NCBI GenBank assembly: GCA_021613535.1
Contig: CP075496.1
Coordinates: 992,001-1,056,000, forward strand
Direction of reading: 5' to 3'
From: Adineta vaga
Taxonomy: Eukaryota > Animalia > Rotifera
DNA: 64,000 nt
The notes below the pieces were generated by a model. That model had not been told where the DNA came from. It did no database searches and worked only from the letters and a program-made list of their open reading frames with translations. This document shows positions 28,201-40,324 of the stretch, piece by piece (the first letter of the stretch is position 1; each line of letters starts with the position of its first letter). The translations under genes were made by a program, and so were the position numbers.

Positions 28201-30078
28201 ACTTCTACACCTGTTTTTATTCTCTTATTACATAACCATGTTCTCATTCGATTTTCATCCAATTTTAAAAGTGAACAAAATATTGAAAATGATTTATCCG
28301 ATTCTTTGACATACGATGTTTCACCTTCACCTTCATGAATAATGACATTTCCCAGATGGAGAATGGCTGATAATAAACGAAATATGGACAGTTGAACTTT
28401 ATTCTCAATACCTATTCAGAAGAAGAAAAAAAAGAAACACTAATAAAAGAAAACGAGTAATTCAAACAAACCAAGAAGAGTTAATGCTTCACGCGTTTCG
28501 AGGAATTGTTGAGCATCATTAACACCTTTGATTGTTATGGCATTTCCTTCAGATGTATAACGAAATTGATCAGCCGATACTAAATTTGATAGAGTAGTAT
28601 GAGTGAGGTTTCCTTATTTAGTGTCTCAAAAGTGATTGACTATTTTTTGTCACTTACATAAAGCAAGCGATTTCATTTCAGATTGATTCACTTGTGTACA
28701 TAATTGATAAAAGATATGATAATTTCTTTCATCTGGTGCTTGATAAATAACTCTAGAAAATGAAAAAACAACAACAACAATATGATTCTAAATATCTTTG
28801 AGAAAACAAACAAACCTTGATTTTTCTAATAAATAAGTTCTCATCGATGCACCACAAATATGATTTCTTAAAAAACCAATTTCAATATATTTTCCAAATC
28901 GTGATGAATTATCATTTCGTATTGTTTTCGCATTGCCAATTGCCTATGATTTCAATCACATCTATTCCTGTTCTTCTTTATTATTTCAAATAACTTACTT
29001 CCATAATTGGACTTGACGCTAAAACTTTCTTTTCAATTTGTGTTTCTTCTAATAAACCACCAACATTTGCAAAATATCTCATGGCATATTTTGCGCTAAC
29101 AGTTTTTCCTGCTCCTGATTCTCCTGAAACGATAATGGATTGATTTTTTGAGAAATTCACCATGGATTGATACGCTAATTCTGCTGTTGCAAATATATGT
29201 GGTTCTAATAGTTGAACATCTTGATCACGATACAATTGAATCGTATCATTGCCATATATAGATAAAGACTCATAGGGATTTATAGCCACTAAGACAATAC
29301 CACATTTTGTATAGATCTGAGATTTGTTAAAACGAGATTCAAGATTATATAAAACTAAATAAAAGAAATTGGGTTAGAAAAACTTTCGTACTTTGAGAAG
29401 AATTTACCTTCAGGTTCATTTAAATAAGAAAGTGCAGTAAGATCTTTTTGACCGATGAGAATCTCGGGATTACGCAATGGTGGAAGATCAGAATCGGATT
29501 TGATTGGAATAATTTCCTAATTATATTTCATTAATATTCAAAACTGTCTCGTTTTCTTCAACTTACATTTGCACCTTCTGCCGATATTACTTCTAGTTGT
29601 CCTTTACCATCATAATTACCCGCGACAGTCACGGCACGCCAAACATATTCACGATCTGGTAACCAAACTCGTGCACCCTGAAAAGAAACAAACAATCATC
29701 TTTTATTTCTTCACTTCTCAAAAAAACCAACAACATAAAGCAGCTTCCTTCTATTGCATTATTGTATCTTCACTATCTATGCAATAAAATCATGCAATAT
29801 CGACTAAATATAGCACAGCACACATGAAATATTCGCACAAACTATACAAACTTGAAAAGAATTGATTGACTCGACTAATAGAAAAGAAAAGAAATGAAGC
29901 AAACAACAACGAATATCAACTGAAATTTCATTCTTTCGAGAAAAATAAGAAAAAAACCTTAAGCATGAGATTAATATCTTCTTAGAACTGGAAATAGATG
30001 ACAACATTAATAAACAAGACAAGAATAAATCTGATTACAAAAACAACATACCTTTGTATATAATTCTCGAACAGACAT
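22227..30078 (-). CDS. MYO5: Unconventional myosin V (motor, IQ repeats, coiled coil, dilute domain), multi-exon
   Basis: Start MSVRELYTK|G; P-loop [26 protein letters not shown]; [21 protein letters not shown] and [16 protein letters not shown] motifs; IQ repeats; dilute-domain motifs; ends LHLDFLSLV*. Confidence 0.95.
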
Positions 30079-30260
30079 TATTTTAAATACATTTATATTG
30101 CCAAGACATCCAATGATTACAAACGATACGTCGAAACAATGACAGAGATTTTAATCTAGAAAATATCTAAGCTGTTTTTTTTTTCATTCAATACTATTTA
30201 TACAAAATATATCTGACGATTTTTATTCAAAGAAAATCACAGAGAATTGATTAACAAAGA

Positions 30261-30947
30261 TTATTTTTTTCTTTTTCTATTCATTGCATCATTAAGAACA
30301 TTGGTAAGATCATTTGTCATTCCTTGAATTTTAGGTGGTAACATTTGTTTTGTTTCATTATTAACTAGTCGATCATAATCTCGAAATGCTGCTTGTCCCA
30401 ATAATAATAAAATTTTCTCTTGTCTTTCAAATTTTCCTGTTTGTTGTTTCATACTTTCATGATGATGATGATCATTTGATATGACTAAATGAAAAGCTGC
30501 ATCCATTATTGAACGAAATCGTTGTTGATATGTTTGTAAAAGTGTAATGGCAACTTGTCGTTTTTCATCGAAATTTAATTCCAATAAATGACGTCCTTGA
30601 CGATAGAAATGTGGAGCTTGTTTAGCTAAATCAACAACTGTTGCATCAGCAGCAAAGATCTGTCGTTGAATACGTGAATAGATCAATGGTAGTTCAGGTA
30701 ATGTTGCAAATCGTGTTTTACAATTACAAATGGAATAAATCATCCAATAAGGAAGTTCAAGTTTCGTATTGGCTGTTAATGATGAAAGATTTTGTTCATG
30801 TTTCTGATCTTTTTTCTCATCATCTAATGCTGTTGATGAAGATGATGATTCGAGAAAACCTAATTTTGGTATATCGACAAGCAGTTGACAACGAATACGT
30901 TCTTGTGTTGATAAAATATCATCAATAGAGAAATAATCTTCATACAT
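30261..30947 (-). CDS. GINS3: DNA replication complex GINS subunit PSF3, copy 1 (intronless, 228 aa)
   Basis: MYEDYFSIDDILSTQERIRCQLLVDIPKLGFLE...KLELPYWM...ADATVVDLAKQAPHFYRQG...TYQQRFRSIMD is the Psf3 pattern. Confidence 0.9.
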   Translation of the reverse strand: MYEDYFSIDDILSTQERIRCQLLVDIPKLGFLESSSSSTALDDEKKDQKHEQNLSSLTANTKLELPYWMIYSICNCKTRFATLPELPLIYSRIQRQIFAADATVVDLAKQAPHFYRQGRHLLELNFDEKRQVAITLLQTYQQRFRSIMDAAFHLVISNDHHHHESMKQQTGKFERQEKILLLLGQAAFRDYDRLVNNETKQMLPPKIQGMTNDLTNVLNDAMNRKRKK

Positions 30948-31103
30948 CTGAAAAACAAAATCAAAAATGTTTTTTATGCGATAGATGAGTCTACTAGAAA
31001 TCTGACAACGGTGATGAATTATGTTTAACTCATCCGATATTTTCAATACATTCGAATGAAGAAGGATATGAATTAAGATAGACGTAATTTTCCTTCACTA
31101 TTA

Positions 31104-31647
31104 TTACTTACCTTCATTTGATTCATCGTCACTAGAAGAAGAATCGTCGCCACTATAAGAAGAATCATCGTCTTTGTCGACCTTTTCTACGATGTTGGAT
31201 GTTATGGATTCAGATAACCAATTGAAAAACATTCTTGTTGATTCAATTATTTCAATTTCATCTTTTTTTTCTTCTAGATTTAGTCTTCTTAACCAGTTCC
31301 AAAACATCTCTTCACTTACACAATCTTCATCATATAATATGTGGAACAGTTTACAAGCTAAACCTACAGGCAGACGAAGATCGTAAATGGACAAGGCTTT
31401 AATAATTAAAAATCTCTCACAACACTTTACCATGTGGATGTTTTAATTGAATTATAAATTTTTGTATGGCACACAGAACTTGAATTTCTTTTTCATTATC
31501 ATCATGAAGAATAGATTTTAACATACGAGCTCTATGTCGTGCGTTATCTTGATCAATTGCCATATCTATTGTATCAGAACCAATGAGACATGACTGTAAA
31601 TAAGATAATACAATAGTTTGTATGTAATGTTGATCGAATGGATTCAT
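31104..31647 (-). CDS. eIF4G-type W2 (HEAT-3) domain, two exons (intron 31364-31430); stand-alone or relic C-terminus of the HNH gene
   Basis: EKEIQVLCAIQKFIIQLKHPHG|LACKLFHILYDEDCVSEEMFWNW...IIESTRMFFNWLSES plus an acidic tail resembles the eIF4G AA-boxes (LYDEDVVKEDAFYSW...FFKWLREA). Confidence 0.7.
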
Positions 31648-31809
31648 TTTCTAAAATAAACAAAGATATCTTATAGGATCGAGAGTAGATTTAAGAATAT
31701 TTGCCTCGAGTATCTTTTCATTTATTCTGATAGAAATACATGATATTAAAGCTGCAAATGATAAACTACCAATCTCTATCAACGCGATGATCTTTTTCAA
31801 CTGATGCAT

Positions 31810-32925
31810 TCAGTATCGTATTGATTTCAGTACTGAATTAGAATTAGAATACAATGCACTTACTTCTCGAATATATTGTAAAAGTTTTTCTTCGTGTTTG
31901 TTCGAATCTATTGGTTGTTCATTGATCATTCTAAATAATTCAATCAAATTTGCTAAAGACGATGGTGTTGACTGTGGTAAAGGAACATCTTGTACAGTAG
32001 TAGTTGATGATAATGGACATACATCAACAACTTGTGTAAAAGATGTGAGAGATTTTGTAACTGTTAATGATGTTGTGCTTGATGTTTCCAATGGCATTTC
32101 TTGTCCAACAGGATTGTCCATGAGCCATTGATAAACATTCGCATGTGTATCTTTATCTGAACTTGTTCTAAATAAATCTTGAATAAAATTTGTTAAATTA
32201 AAAAAATCTGCATCATTTAATGAAAACTCTTTTTGTTTTTCCTTGGCTTTTTCGAAAGCACTATGACAATGTAATGCCAACATTCGACGATATGGTCGAT
32301 TATGATTTTGGAAAAGTAAAGGTGCTTGATGAATATTTCCGAAAGTATGAGGCGATACTGATGTAATTCTTTGTGACGATATTGTTTTATTTAGCAAAAA
32401 CATTTTTAATTGACTATTTTCTTCAATAATTGTTACATATTTTTTATCAAATGCATCTTTAATTGCTGTTACTAATCTCAAGCAATTTCTTGGATTATCA
32501 ATATTGGATGAACTTAAACCAAAATATTTTAAACCATATGATCTTGATTTTGGATATATATGTGCAGTCTTCACATGTTGAGCTTTTTTGTCAATAAGCC
32601 CGAGTATCATGCATTGATTTCTTTTTAAGTTGTAAAAGGTCATGACAGCTTCTCTCAACATTCTTCTTGTGTAGTGTGTGGAATGAGTTGACGATAAATC
32701 ACTCCATGGATCTGTTATTGTTTTGAGTAATTGATTATCAATATTTGGAACTAAATAAAAAGTAAAAAAATTATTATTAAATTATTTTTATTATTTTTAT
32801 TATTTACGTTGTTTGTGAAAGTTTTGAAGATGTCCGCATAAGCAAGTGTAATTTCCCGTGTTACAGAATGAAATACAAGGATTATCAGGATCTTTACATT
32901 TAAAACAAATATTTGTAAATGACAT
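31810..32925 (-). CDS. Cys/His finger + HNH endonuclease (HNH_2, Crinkler/CR-effector-like), 2 exons, ~352 aa
   Basis: Exon 1 (32808-32925) encodes MSFTNICFKCKDPDNPCISFCNTGNYTCLCGHLQNFH; 57-bp intron; exon 2 encodes CMILG...TAHIYPKS...IDNPRNCLRL...AFD...RPYRRMLALH. Confidence 0.8.
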
Positions 32926-33704
32926 GATTGATCTGAAAAAATCAAAATAGAAAATCATTTAACTAAATGAACTACAGTGCATAAGGACCTATGAATAATC
33001 CTGGATGTACAAGAGAAATATTTTATTTCCTTAACTAGGAATAATGGTAGAGCGATACCGCAATGAAATTCAACATATTCAGCGCAAAATGACCATAAAA
33101 AATCGAAAGATGTTTTCATATATGACACGAGAAGTTATCAGGAAATTAAAACAATATTATCTGAAAACAAATCATTATTATTTTCTAATTCGGCTTACTG
33201 ATGTATTCTATCATGACGATATTTTACAACTTAATCTCATAATTCTCGCAAAATTAGGACTACTCTTCATTGGCTATTTCAGTTCTTTCTTTAAAGTAAT
33301 TATTAACCTGAATCCTGAACAGAAACGAAACATAAAACAAAAGATTAACCTTTTTAATTCTTCTAATAAATTATAACGATTTATTACTAATGGTACATTT
33401 ATCATTGAAAATAGCCGAAATAAAGGTAGAAGACTAGTTTACCAGTTGTTTGTTTCGTTGGAGGATATGGTATTATAAAATAATCTCGTTCAAAGTGTAA
33501 AAACAGTGCTTGAAACGGAACTTCTCGAGTCACAAAAATAGTTTCATATTTAGAAAATCATGCATTATAAATGAAGCATAGCGTAACACACATAAGATAT
33601 TTATGTTTAAATGAGCTCGAAAATACTTTCTTAAATCAATCAAGATGCAAAACAGTGCACATCGTCGCAAATTAATTTTTATTATTAGAAAATGTTAAAT
33701 ATTC

Positions 33705-33745
33705 GACTAATACATATCTTTGAATATAAAATCTTGAACAGAAGT
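33705..33745 (-). pseudogene. Decayed copy of MYO5 exon 1
   Basis: acatatctttgaatataaaatcttgaacaga versus acatacctttgtatataattctcgaacaga (30046-30075), in the expected position downstream of PSF3 copy 2. Confidence 0.6.
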
Positions 33746-33946
33746 TTTTCTTCTTACTTATTCTGGATAATTAACCAAGCCGTTCATTGATCATAAAAAA
33801 ACGCGTCAGATGTACAAAACAATGACACATAATTATATCTACAAAATAATCAACAAGTTAATTTTTACTATTGCATCAAATTTTTCTACAAAATATATCT
33901 GACGATTTTTATTCGACGAAAATTACAGAGAATTGATTAACAAAGA

Positions 33947-34633
33947 TTATTTTTTCCTTTTTCTATTCATTGCATCATTAAGAACATTGGTAAGATCATT
34001 TGTCATTCCTTGAATTTTAGGTGGTAACATTTGTTTTGTTTCATTATTAACTAGTCGATCATAATCTCGAAATGCTGCTTGTCCCAATAATAATAAAATT
34101 TTCTCTTGTCTTTCAAATTTTCCTGTTTGTTGTTTCATACTTTCATGATGATGATGATCATTTGATATGACTAAATGAAAAGCTGCATCCATTATTGAAC
34201 GAAATCGTTGTTGATATGTTTGTAAAAGTGTAATGGCAACTTGTCGTTTTTCATCGAAATTTAATTCCAATAAATGACGTCCTTGACGATAGAAATGTGG
34301 AGCTTGTTTAGCTAAATCAACAACTGTTGCATCAGCAGCAAAGATCTGTCGTTGAATACGTGAATAGATCAATGGTAGTTCAGGTAATGTTGCAAATCGT
34401 GTTTTACAATTACAAATGGAATAAATCATCCAATAAGGAAGTTCAAGTTTCGTATTGGCTGTTAATGATGAAAGATTTTGTTCATGTTTCTGATCTTTTT
34501 TCTCATCATCTAATGCTGTTGATGATGATGATGATTCGAGAAAACCTAATTTTGGTATATCGACAAGCAGTTGACAACGAATACGTTCTTGTGTTGATAA
34601 AATATCATCAATAGAAAAATAATCTTCATACAT
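33947..34633 (-). CDS. GINS3: GINS subunit PSF3, copy 2 (same protein as copy 1)
   Basis: 687 bp, same length as copy 1; only ~3 synonymous differences seen by eye. Confidence 0.9.
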   Translation of the reverse strand: MYEDYFSIDDILSTQERIRCQLLVDIPKLGFLESSSSSTALDDEKKDQKHEQNLSSLTANTKLELPYWMIYSICNCKTRFATLPELPLIYSRIQRQIFAADATVVDLAKQAPHFYRQGRHLLELNFDEKRQVAITLLQTYQQRFRSIMDAAFHLVISNDHHHHESMKQQTGKFERQEKILLLLGQAAFRDYDRLVNNETKQMLPPKIQGMTNDLTNVLNDAMNRKRKK

Positions 34634-34666
34634 CTGAAAAACAAAAACAAAAACAAGTGTTTTATT
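34634..34666 (-). promoter_or_regulatory. Candidate intercistronic signal: AATAAA overlapping the NOM1 stop, T-rich tract, TTTCAG acceptor directly before the PSF3 ATG
   Basis: Minus strand reads GAA TAA aacacttgtttttgtttttgtttttcag ATG; the spacer is 28 bp. Confidence 0.65.
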
Positions 34667-37600
34667 CTTTTGATAGTTCATTAATGGCTATTTGACAACG
34701 ACGATGAACTAAATCAGAATAAATCGATTTCTTTGAAATAAAATGAGAAAGAAATAATCTGAGAGCATCTCTAACAAATTTATAATTTTTTGTTAATGGA
34801 AATTGAAAGATATTTTGTAACGATGCATCGTCGGTGTTTTCAAATAATTTCACAAACAATTCAACTAGAAATGTTCGTGCTGATGTTGTTAATTCGATGA
34901 AATTGAAATTCTATTAAAGAAAAAAAATGAAGAATTTATTTTAATTATATTATTCTTCACTCATATTCATAAAACTAAACGATCGACTATTGCCGAAAGT
35001 TATTCTATTCATTTGTAAAGTGTAACTTACTTTAAATATATTCAATGTAATTGATTTTGATATTAATAATTGTGATAATACTGTACCAAAATTTGCTAAT
35101 TGGTGATCATTGAGTAATGAAAGATCTTTAAATCGATCCCATGTATGATATTGTAAGGACATCTAAAGAATTTTATGAGAAAATAGGGTTTTTTTTCTTC
35201 AGAAGAAATGTCTTTACTTGAAAACGACGATCATATGCAGCGAATCGTTGTAAAATCAGTGTATAATATGGATTATAGGTTTTTTCATGTAAAGAACAAT
35301 GAATTGTAACCTTGATTGTAAATAAAAACAATCATAAAATTAAATAGAAAATGACACTTACATGAATGATTTCTCGTTCTTGAATTTTATTTAAATTCAA
35401 TTTATGAAGTTTTTCCACTGCATCATCACAATCCTATATAAGAAGAAAAATCAGATATATGTATATATAAAATATTCATTTATTCAATTCAATCATTTTC
35501 ATAACAATATTCTCTCGAGAAGAAAAACTTATTTTTAGTCTCATATAACAAGCTGAAGGACGAATTCCACACGTTTTTATAATAGAAAAATAAACCCTAA
35601 ATACTTCTTTCTTTTCATCAATAGAAAGAGAACAGTACAACGGCTTTTTTCTCCAGCAAGGATATATCCTCGTTTCCTTTTCCTATTCTATCGTTTTATT
35701 TATTATCTACTTTGTATTTATTTGTTTTCATTGTGTCAATACAACAAGTGCATTAGTCTCTGACGTTCATTCTCTTTCTTCTCATATACTGAGTAGTCTT
35801 TAAAGTACTAAGTTTCAATAATACAATGCAATTGAACTAGAGATATATCAAACCCGCGTCTCTCATTCTTTTTCTGATTTGTCTTCTTTATTTTATTCAA
35901 ATTTTATAAAATCTATGTGAATAATATCGAATTACCTCACTTGTCAATAATGTTCCAAATATTAATCGTCTAATATCCGTATTCATATGTTGTTGTTTTG
36001 CTAATTTTCGAATATTTTCATTAAATAATGGTTCAGTTTTATCTTTTTTATTCTTTTGTTTATCTTGAGAATTTTGTTTTTGCCATGCAGAACCAACGAT
36101 CCACCATCGTCCTTGTTCTTTAGCATTTAGAAAATCTTCTAATCCAACATTTAACATATTTGCTTGTTGTACTGTTTTATCTTTAACTAAATTTCGATAA
36201 ATTTTTCTCAATCGATCAATTCGATCTGGTTCAAATCCACCGGGTAATTTTCTAACGTCATTATTTTTCAAACTTTTAATTGTATCCATCATAAATTCTA
36301 ATCGTTTTGATGATGATGATATTAATGTTGATGATGAACATATCGTGCGTAGTTCTTGAAGGAAATTCTTCAATTCTAGTGGATTATCTTTTCGTAAAAA
36401 GAATCCACTGGTTTTTAATAATAGAAGAATTAATTCTAAACGTTTTTCATTGATTTGTTCAATAGTTAATATGTATCGAGCAAGATCAAATAGAATTTTT
36501 CCATTGATCATAGAAAATGCATATGTATACGCAAAAAATTGAATTAAATTATCCGGAATTTTGTTTGAAACATCATCATGAATATGTTCGACGAAAAGTT
36601 GTAAGAAATTTTCGAGTAAATATGATCCTATTTCTAAACCAATATTAGCATGAAGAAGACAAGCAAGTAATGCATATTCAGCAAGAAAATTTTCACCAGT
36701 TAAAGAAAGAGATGATATAAGACTATCATGATATAATTGATATAAACATAAATTAACTGTTGCACGAGATTGAGTTCGATAAATTGTTTCAATTTCAATT
36801 AAAATTGAAGATAAATTCTTTTCACTTAAACGATTTATTTGACCTTGAAGACGACGTTTTAATTCAAGTAAAGAATTATCATCAGATGTATTCAATTTTT
36901 GTCGAAGTGCAGGAGGAATGTACGTTGTACCTAAAATCATTCAATTCAATATCAAATTTCAAATCTTTCACATGAAGTACTCTCTTATTTTTATATTTTA
37001 AATAGTATTCATTTAGTTCTGTAGAAAATTTCAAAGCAGAACTTTAGATACAACAATTAGCTCGAAAGATTAAAAAGAAAACCAAAGTTATAGTCAAAAT
37101 ACTAAGACCGTTATTTATTCTGCTGCACTCATTATGTCTTTCATAAAATTGAATTGTTTTTATAAGAAAACATATTCTTACTTGAATTACTTTTGACAAC
37201 ATTGCCCTTCGTATCAACTGTTCGTCCATAAATATCTTCTTTTAACGTTGGAGTCTCTTCTTCATCTTCTCCTCTTTCTCCATCTTCTTCCCCATCTCCA
37301 TCTTCGTCTTCGTCAAAATCTTCTTCATCGAAATCTTCGTCTTCATCATCATCATCATCAATCATTTTCGTTTGAATATCTTCATTGAATTTCACTAACG
37401 ATGTTTTTTTCTTTGAAATTTTCTCTTCAGATTTCTCCTTATCATTCGCTAATTTAACTTTTTCTTTTTGTTTTTTTGCTAACCATTGTTGATCTTCATC
37501 TTCTTCATCATACCAAGCATTTCCTTCTCCATCACCTAAACAAAACAAACGAAAGATTATAAAAACAAATAAATCGTCATTTACCTTCAGCCTGCATAAT

Positions 37601-38116
37601 TTCTTTTCTTCGATCTTTATCACAAAAATCGAGTAAGAAATCCAAACCATCATCGACAAAACCACGTAAATATGTTTTCCGATTCGATTTAATTCCTAAA
37701 AGTTTTTCTAATTTTTTAATATGACCATCTTCCATTTCATTATCTTCTAATAAATGTCTTCGATGATGTTCTTTCGCAGCCTATTGAAATACAAATCGAA
37801 ACAACAACAAAAAATATTTTCAATTCAAACCTGTTCATCAACTGTTAATTCTTCTGAATCATCTTTTGATTCTTTCTTCTTTTTCTTTTTCTTCTTTTTC
37901 TTCTTATTCGAATTTTCCTCTTGCTCAAATGAAGGTGCTAATGCATCGATAGATTTTGGTATCTAAATAGAAAATATTTGATTGAAAAGTTCAATATAAA
38001 GAAGAAGAACGAACTTGATCTCGATGATGCCATGCATTTCGTTTAGCTTTAACTAATTTTCTTTCTAATTGTCGACGTTGTTTTCTTGGAAGAAGAGTAT
38101 TTTGGTTTTCTTTCAT
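34662..38116 (-). CDS. NOM1: Nucleolar MIF4G domain-containing protein 1 (NOM1/Sgd1), multi-exon
   Basis: Basic N-terminus MKENQNTLLPRKQRRQLERKL, acidic tract, EDIYGR, YIPPALR, MIF4G (LQGQINRLSEKN), GRWWIVGSAW and the MA3 start MNTDIRRLIF. Confidence 0.9.
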
Positions 38117-38192
38117 CTAAAATAGATTTTATTTATTATTTAAGACAAAAATATTCTACATAAATCATCCAACTATTTCATCTGGTTCAAGT
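38117..38192 (-). promoter_or_regulatory. Duplicated PLEKHA8 3' tail + 48-bp spacer with AATAAA and TTTTAG acceptor abutting the NOM1 ATG
   Basis: Minus strand reads ...GAA ATA GTT GGA TGA tttatgtagaatatttttgtcttaaataataaataaaatctattttag ATG; nearly identical to 41432-41510. Confidence 0.7.
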
Positions 38193-38204
38193 TTATGAAT
38201 GATA

Positions 38205-38938
38205 ACCAGATCGAGATGAACAATTGGTAAACTCGTTCCGAACAAAAGAACGAATAAAAGCATGTTCTAAACGTATTCGCAACGCGTTCTATAGACGTTC
38301 GATAGATGCCGTCCGTTCGGAACGCATTTTGTGTTATTTTTTTCTTCTTTCGACAGGTCGAGAATATGACACGATAATGACAAATATATAAATTAAAAGT
38401 ATATATGAAAGAATTAAATGATGGTATAATTCAAAAAATATTTTTATTTCAGATAAATTATAGCTTAATCATTTTTAGTCTTAGTTGTGTACATTTAGAT
38501 TGGATTTAATTTGTGAATGAATCGATTATCGTTTACATCATCATGTGATCGAAATGCTACGTCATTTTTTACCAGTATTCTTTGCTGATAGGTATTTTAT
38601 ACTATGACCAATATACCTGTAAGTGAAACTTTTTTTCTCTTATGTTTATCTTTAGAAAGGAATATGTCGTTTTTTTCTTGTATTTAATTGTAATCTTAAA
38701 CTAAAATCGTCATTTTTTTGTAATGCGAACTTCTTAGAATTGTATCTCGTATTTTTGTCTTTCTCTATATCGTAGATGTGTTCATGATTATTATCATGAG
38801 TTTTGTCAATTTAAATTATTTGTATGACTCATGTTCCAATTAAATCTGAATAAACCAACTAAAGGGTTCTGCACTATTTTAAGAACGTGTTCGAAACAAA
38901 TATCGAACGCATTTTTTCATCGTTCGTCTCGACCTGAG
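38205..38938. mobile_element. Degenerate MITE-like element (CAGGTCGAG-type TIRs)
   Basis: ccagatcgagatgaacaattg versus the reverse complement of catcgttcgtctcgacctga; subterminal gaacg/cgttc repeats. Confidence 0.45.
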
Positions 38939-38997
38939 ATATGATTTATCTATTGCACTTACAGAAACTTTTTGTGCATATTTAATGATATATTCGA

Positions 38998-40324
38998 TTA
39001 TTTCTTTTGTCTTTTGTTCACAAACTTTTTCAATATTAAAATGTTCATCGTTGATTGTGATTGAACACTACTAATATCTGTACCAGGTACTTCACCAATG
39101 AGTTTCCAAACAGGAGTAGAAAAACGATTGACTATTTCGAGTACACATGATATTCTAAACAGAACAGAGAAACAATCAATAAAGAATGAAGGAAGTGAAA
39201 CGAACGACATACCCATTTCAAATATTATCGAGATTTAAAATTTGCTGTTTCTGTGCTAAATCAAATAAATGTCCTACGAAAGCAGCTGTTTGTGGTTCTA
39301 ATTTCAAAACATTTATTATTAGTTCACTGACGAGTATACAGTTTGATCCAGTAAGAGAACATTAGATAAATCTTGAACAGCTACCTAAATAATAATATTA
39401 AAAAAACGAAAAATGTTGCAAAATCATATTTTTATACGAACTTTTATGCGATTACTGATGGATATATGGGATGAATATTCAGTATATTGTCCGATAAACG
39501 CATAAATAAATGTTGATGTTGTTTTTGATTGTGCTAATTGTGTGTCAAGTCCAATTGGATTATTATTTAACTATTGTTTAACATTTTCACGTTTATGTGC
39601 ATCCAATGATATACCTAATATATGGTCGACATAAAATCTGAAATTACCCAGGTCTTCATTACTTAATAAAAACTCTTGTCATTTCAGTCTTGCATAATTA
39701 AATGAACTGTAACATTGTAGAGCCAAAGGCGATGAAAAGGTCGTTGTTCATTATTAAAATTTAACGATACTCCATGAATACTTCCAAACGTATGAAGAGA
39801 GACCGATGTAATTTGCTTCGATAAAAGTGTTCTGTTTAATAATTCACCATTTTTCTCGATTATGGTTAAATTATTTTGTTGATTGAACGCAAGAACCATA
39901 CATCGATTTTTGTCCAAATTGTAGAAATTCATTACGATCCAGGACAATGATTTCGGCAGCTGTATCCGTGCAATTCCGACAGGAACCTGCAGGAAAATGA
40001 AAGCAGGAATGAACGGATCCTGTGACCAGTTTTGCTCGGTTCCTTCCGGTTCCGAAGAAAGCTGAATGAATCCTACGACCGGATCTGGCCCGCACTTCTC
40101 GACATGGGGGATTCTCGCAATGTTTTTCAACAAGTGACGAAATGTACTTTGATATAAACAAAGAAAAAAGCAAATATATGATACAACTTTCTTTTCAACT
40201 TATTTTCACAATGAAGATTCTTTTTGTGCCTACACAAGCATATATAATTACCAACGTCGCAGAAAGTAAAGCCTGTTTCTTTAGCATTAATATACTCGTA
40301 ACAAATATTGATAGACTCCGTCAT
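38998..40324 (-). pseudogene. Second, decayed copy of the finger-HNH gene, with eIF4G-type MA3 exons
   Basis: MTESINICYEY...FCDVGNYICLCRH matches exon 1 of the intact copy. VMNFYNLDKNRCMVL..TIIEKNG..SKQITSVSLHTFGSIH..RPFHRL matches exon 2, with the AHI/N core deleted. Downstream exons AVQDL...VGHLFDLAQKQQILN..NG|ISCVLEIVN...PVWKLIGEV resemble eIF4G MA3. Frameshifts and stops present. Confidence 0.75.
39938..40108. mobile_element. GC-rich MITE-like insertion in the HNH pseudogene
   Basis: Abrupt GC-rich block absent from the intact paralog. Its ends ccaggac.../...cgacatggg and ggatcc/tccg-rich interior resemble the 19300-19536 MITE. Confidence 0.5.

Noticed and set aside
30948-31046. N-terminal extension of PSF3 copy 1 (MKISDELNIIHHRCQ...)
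   Set aside because: This is the decayed duplicate of the NOM1 3' end (VHRRCQIAINELSKE) plus spacer; the true start is the ATG at 30947.
33044-33376. 110-aa plus-strand ORF within cassette 1
   Set aside because: No recognisable motif, AT-rich codon noise, and no matching ORF seen in cassette 2.
31045-33700. Classical TIR or LTR transposon interpretation of the HNH cassette
   Set aside because: No terminal inverted repeats, short TSD, transposase or RT seen; the flanking direct repeats are host gene sequence, not LTRs.
37754-37966. Poly-Phe plus-strand ORF
   Set aside because: Antisense of a Lys-rich NOM1 exon.
39684-40133. 149-aa ORF as an independent gene
   Set aside because: Its first half is read through a GC-rich MITE insertion and its second half is the core-deleted HNH pseudogene.
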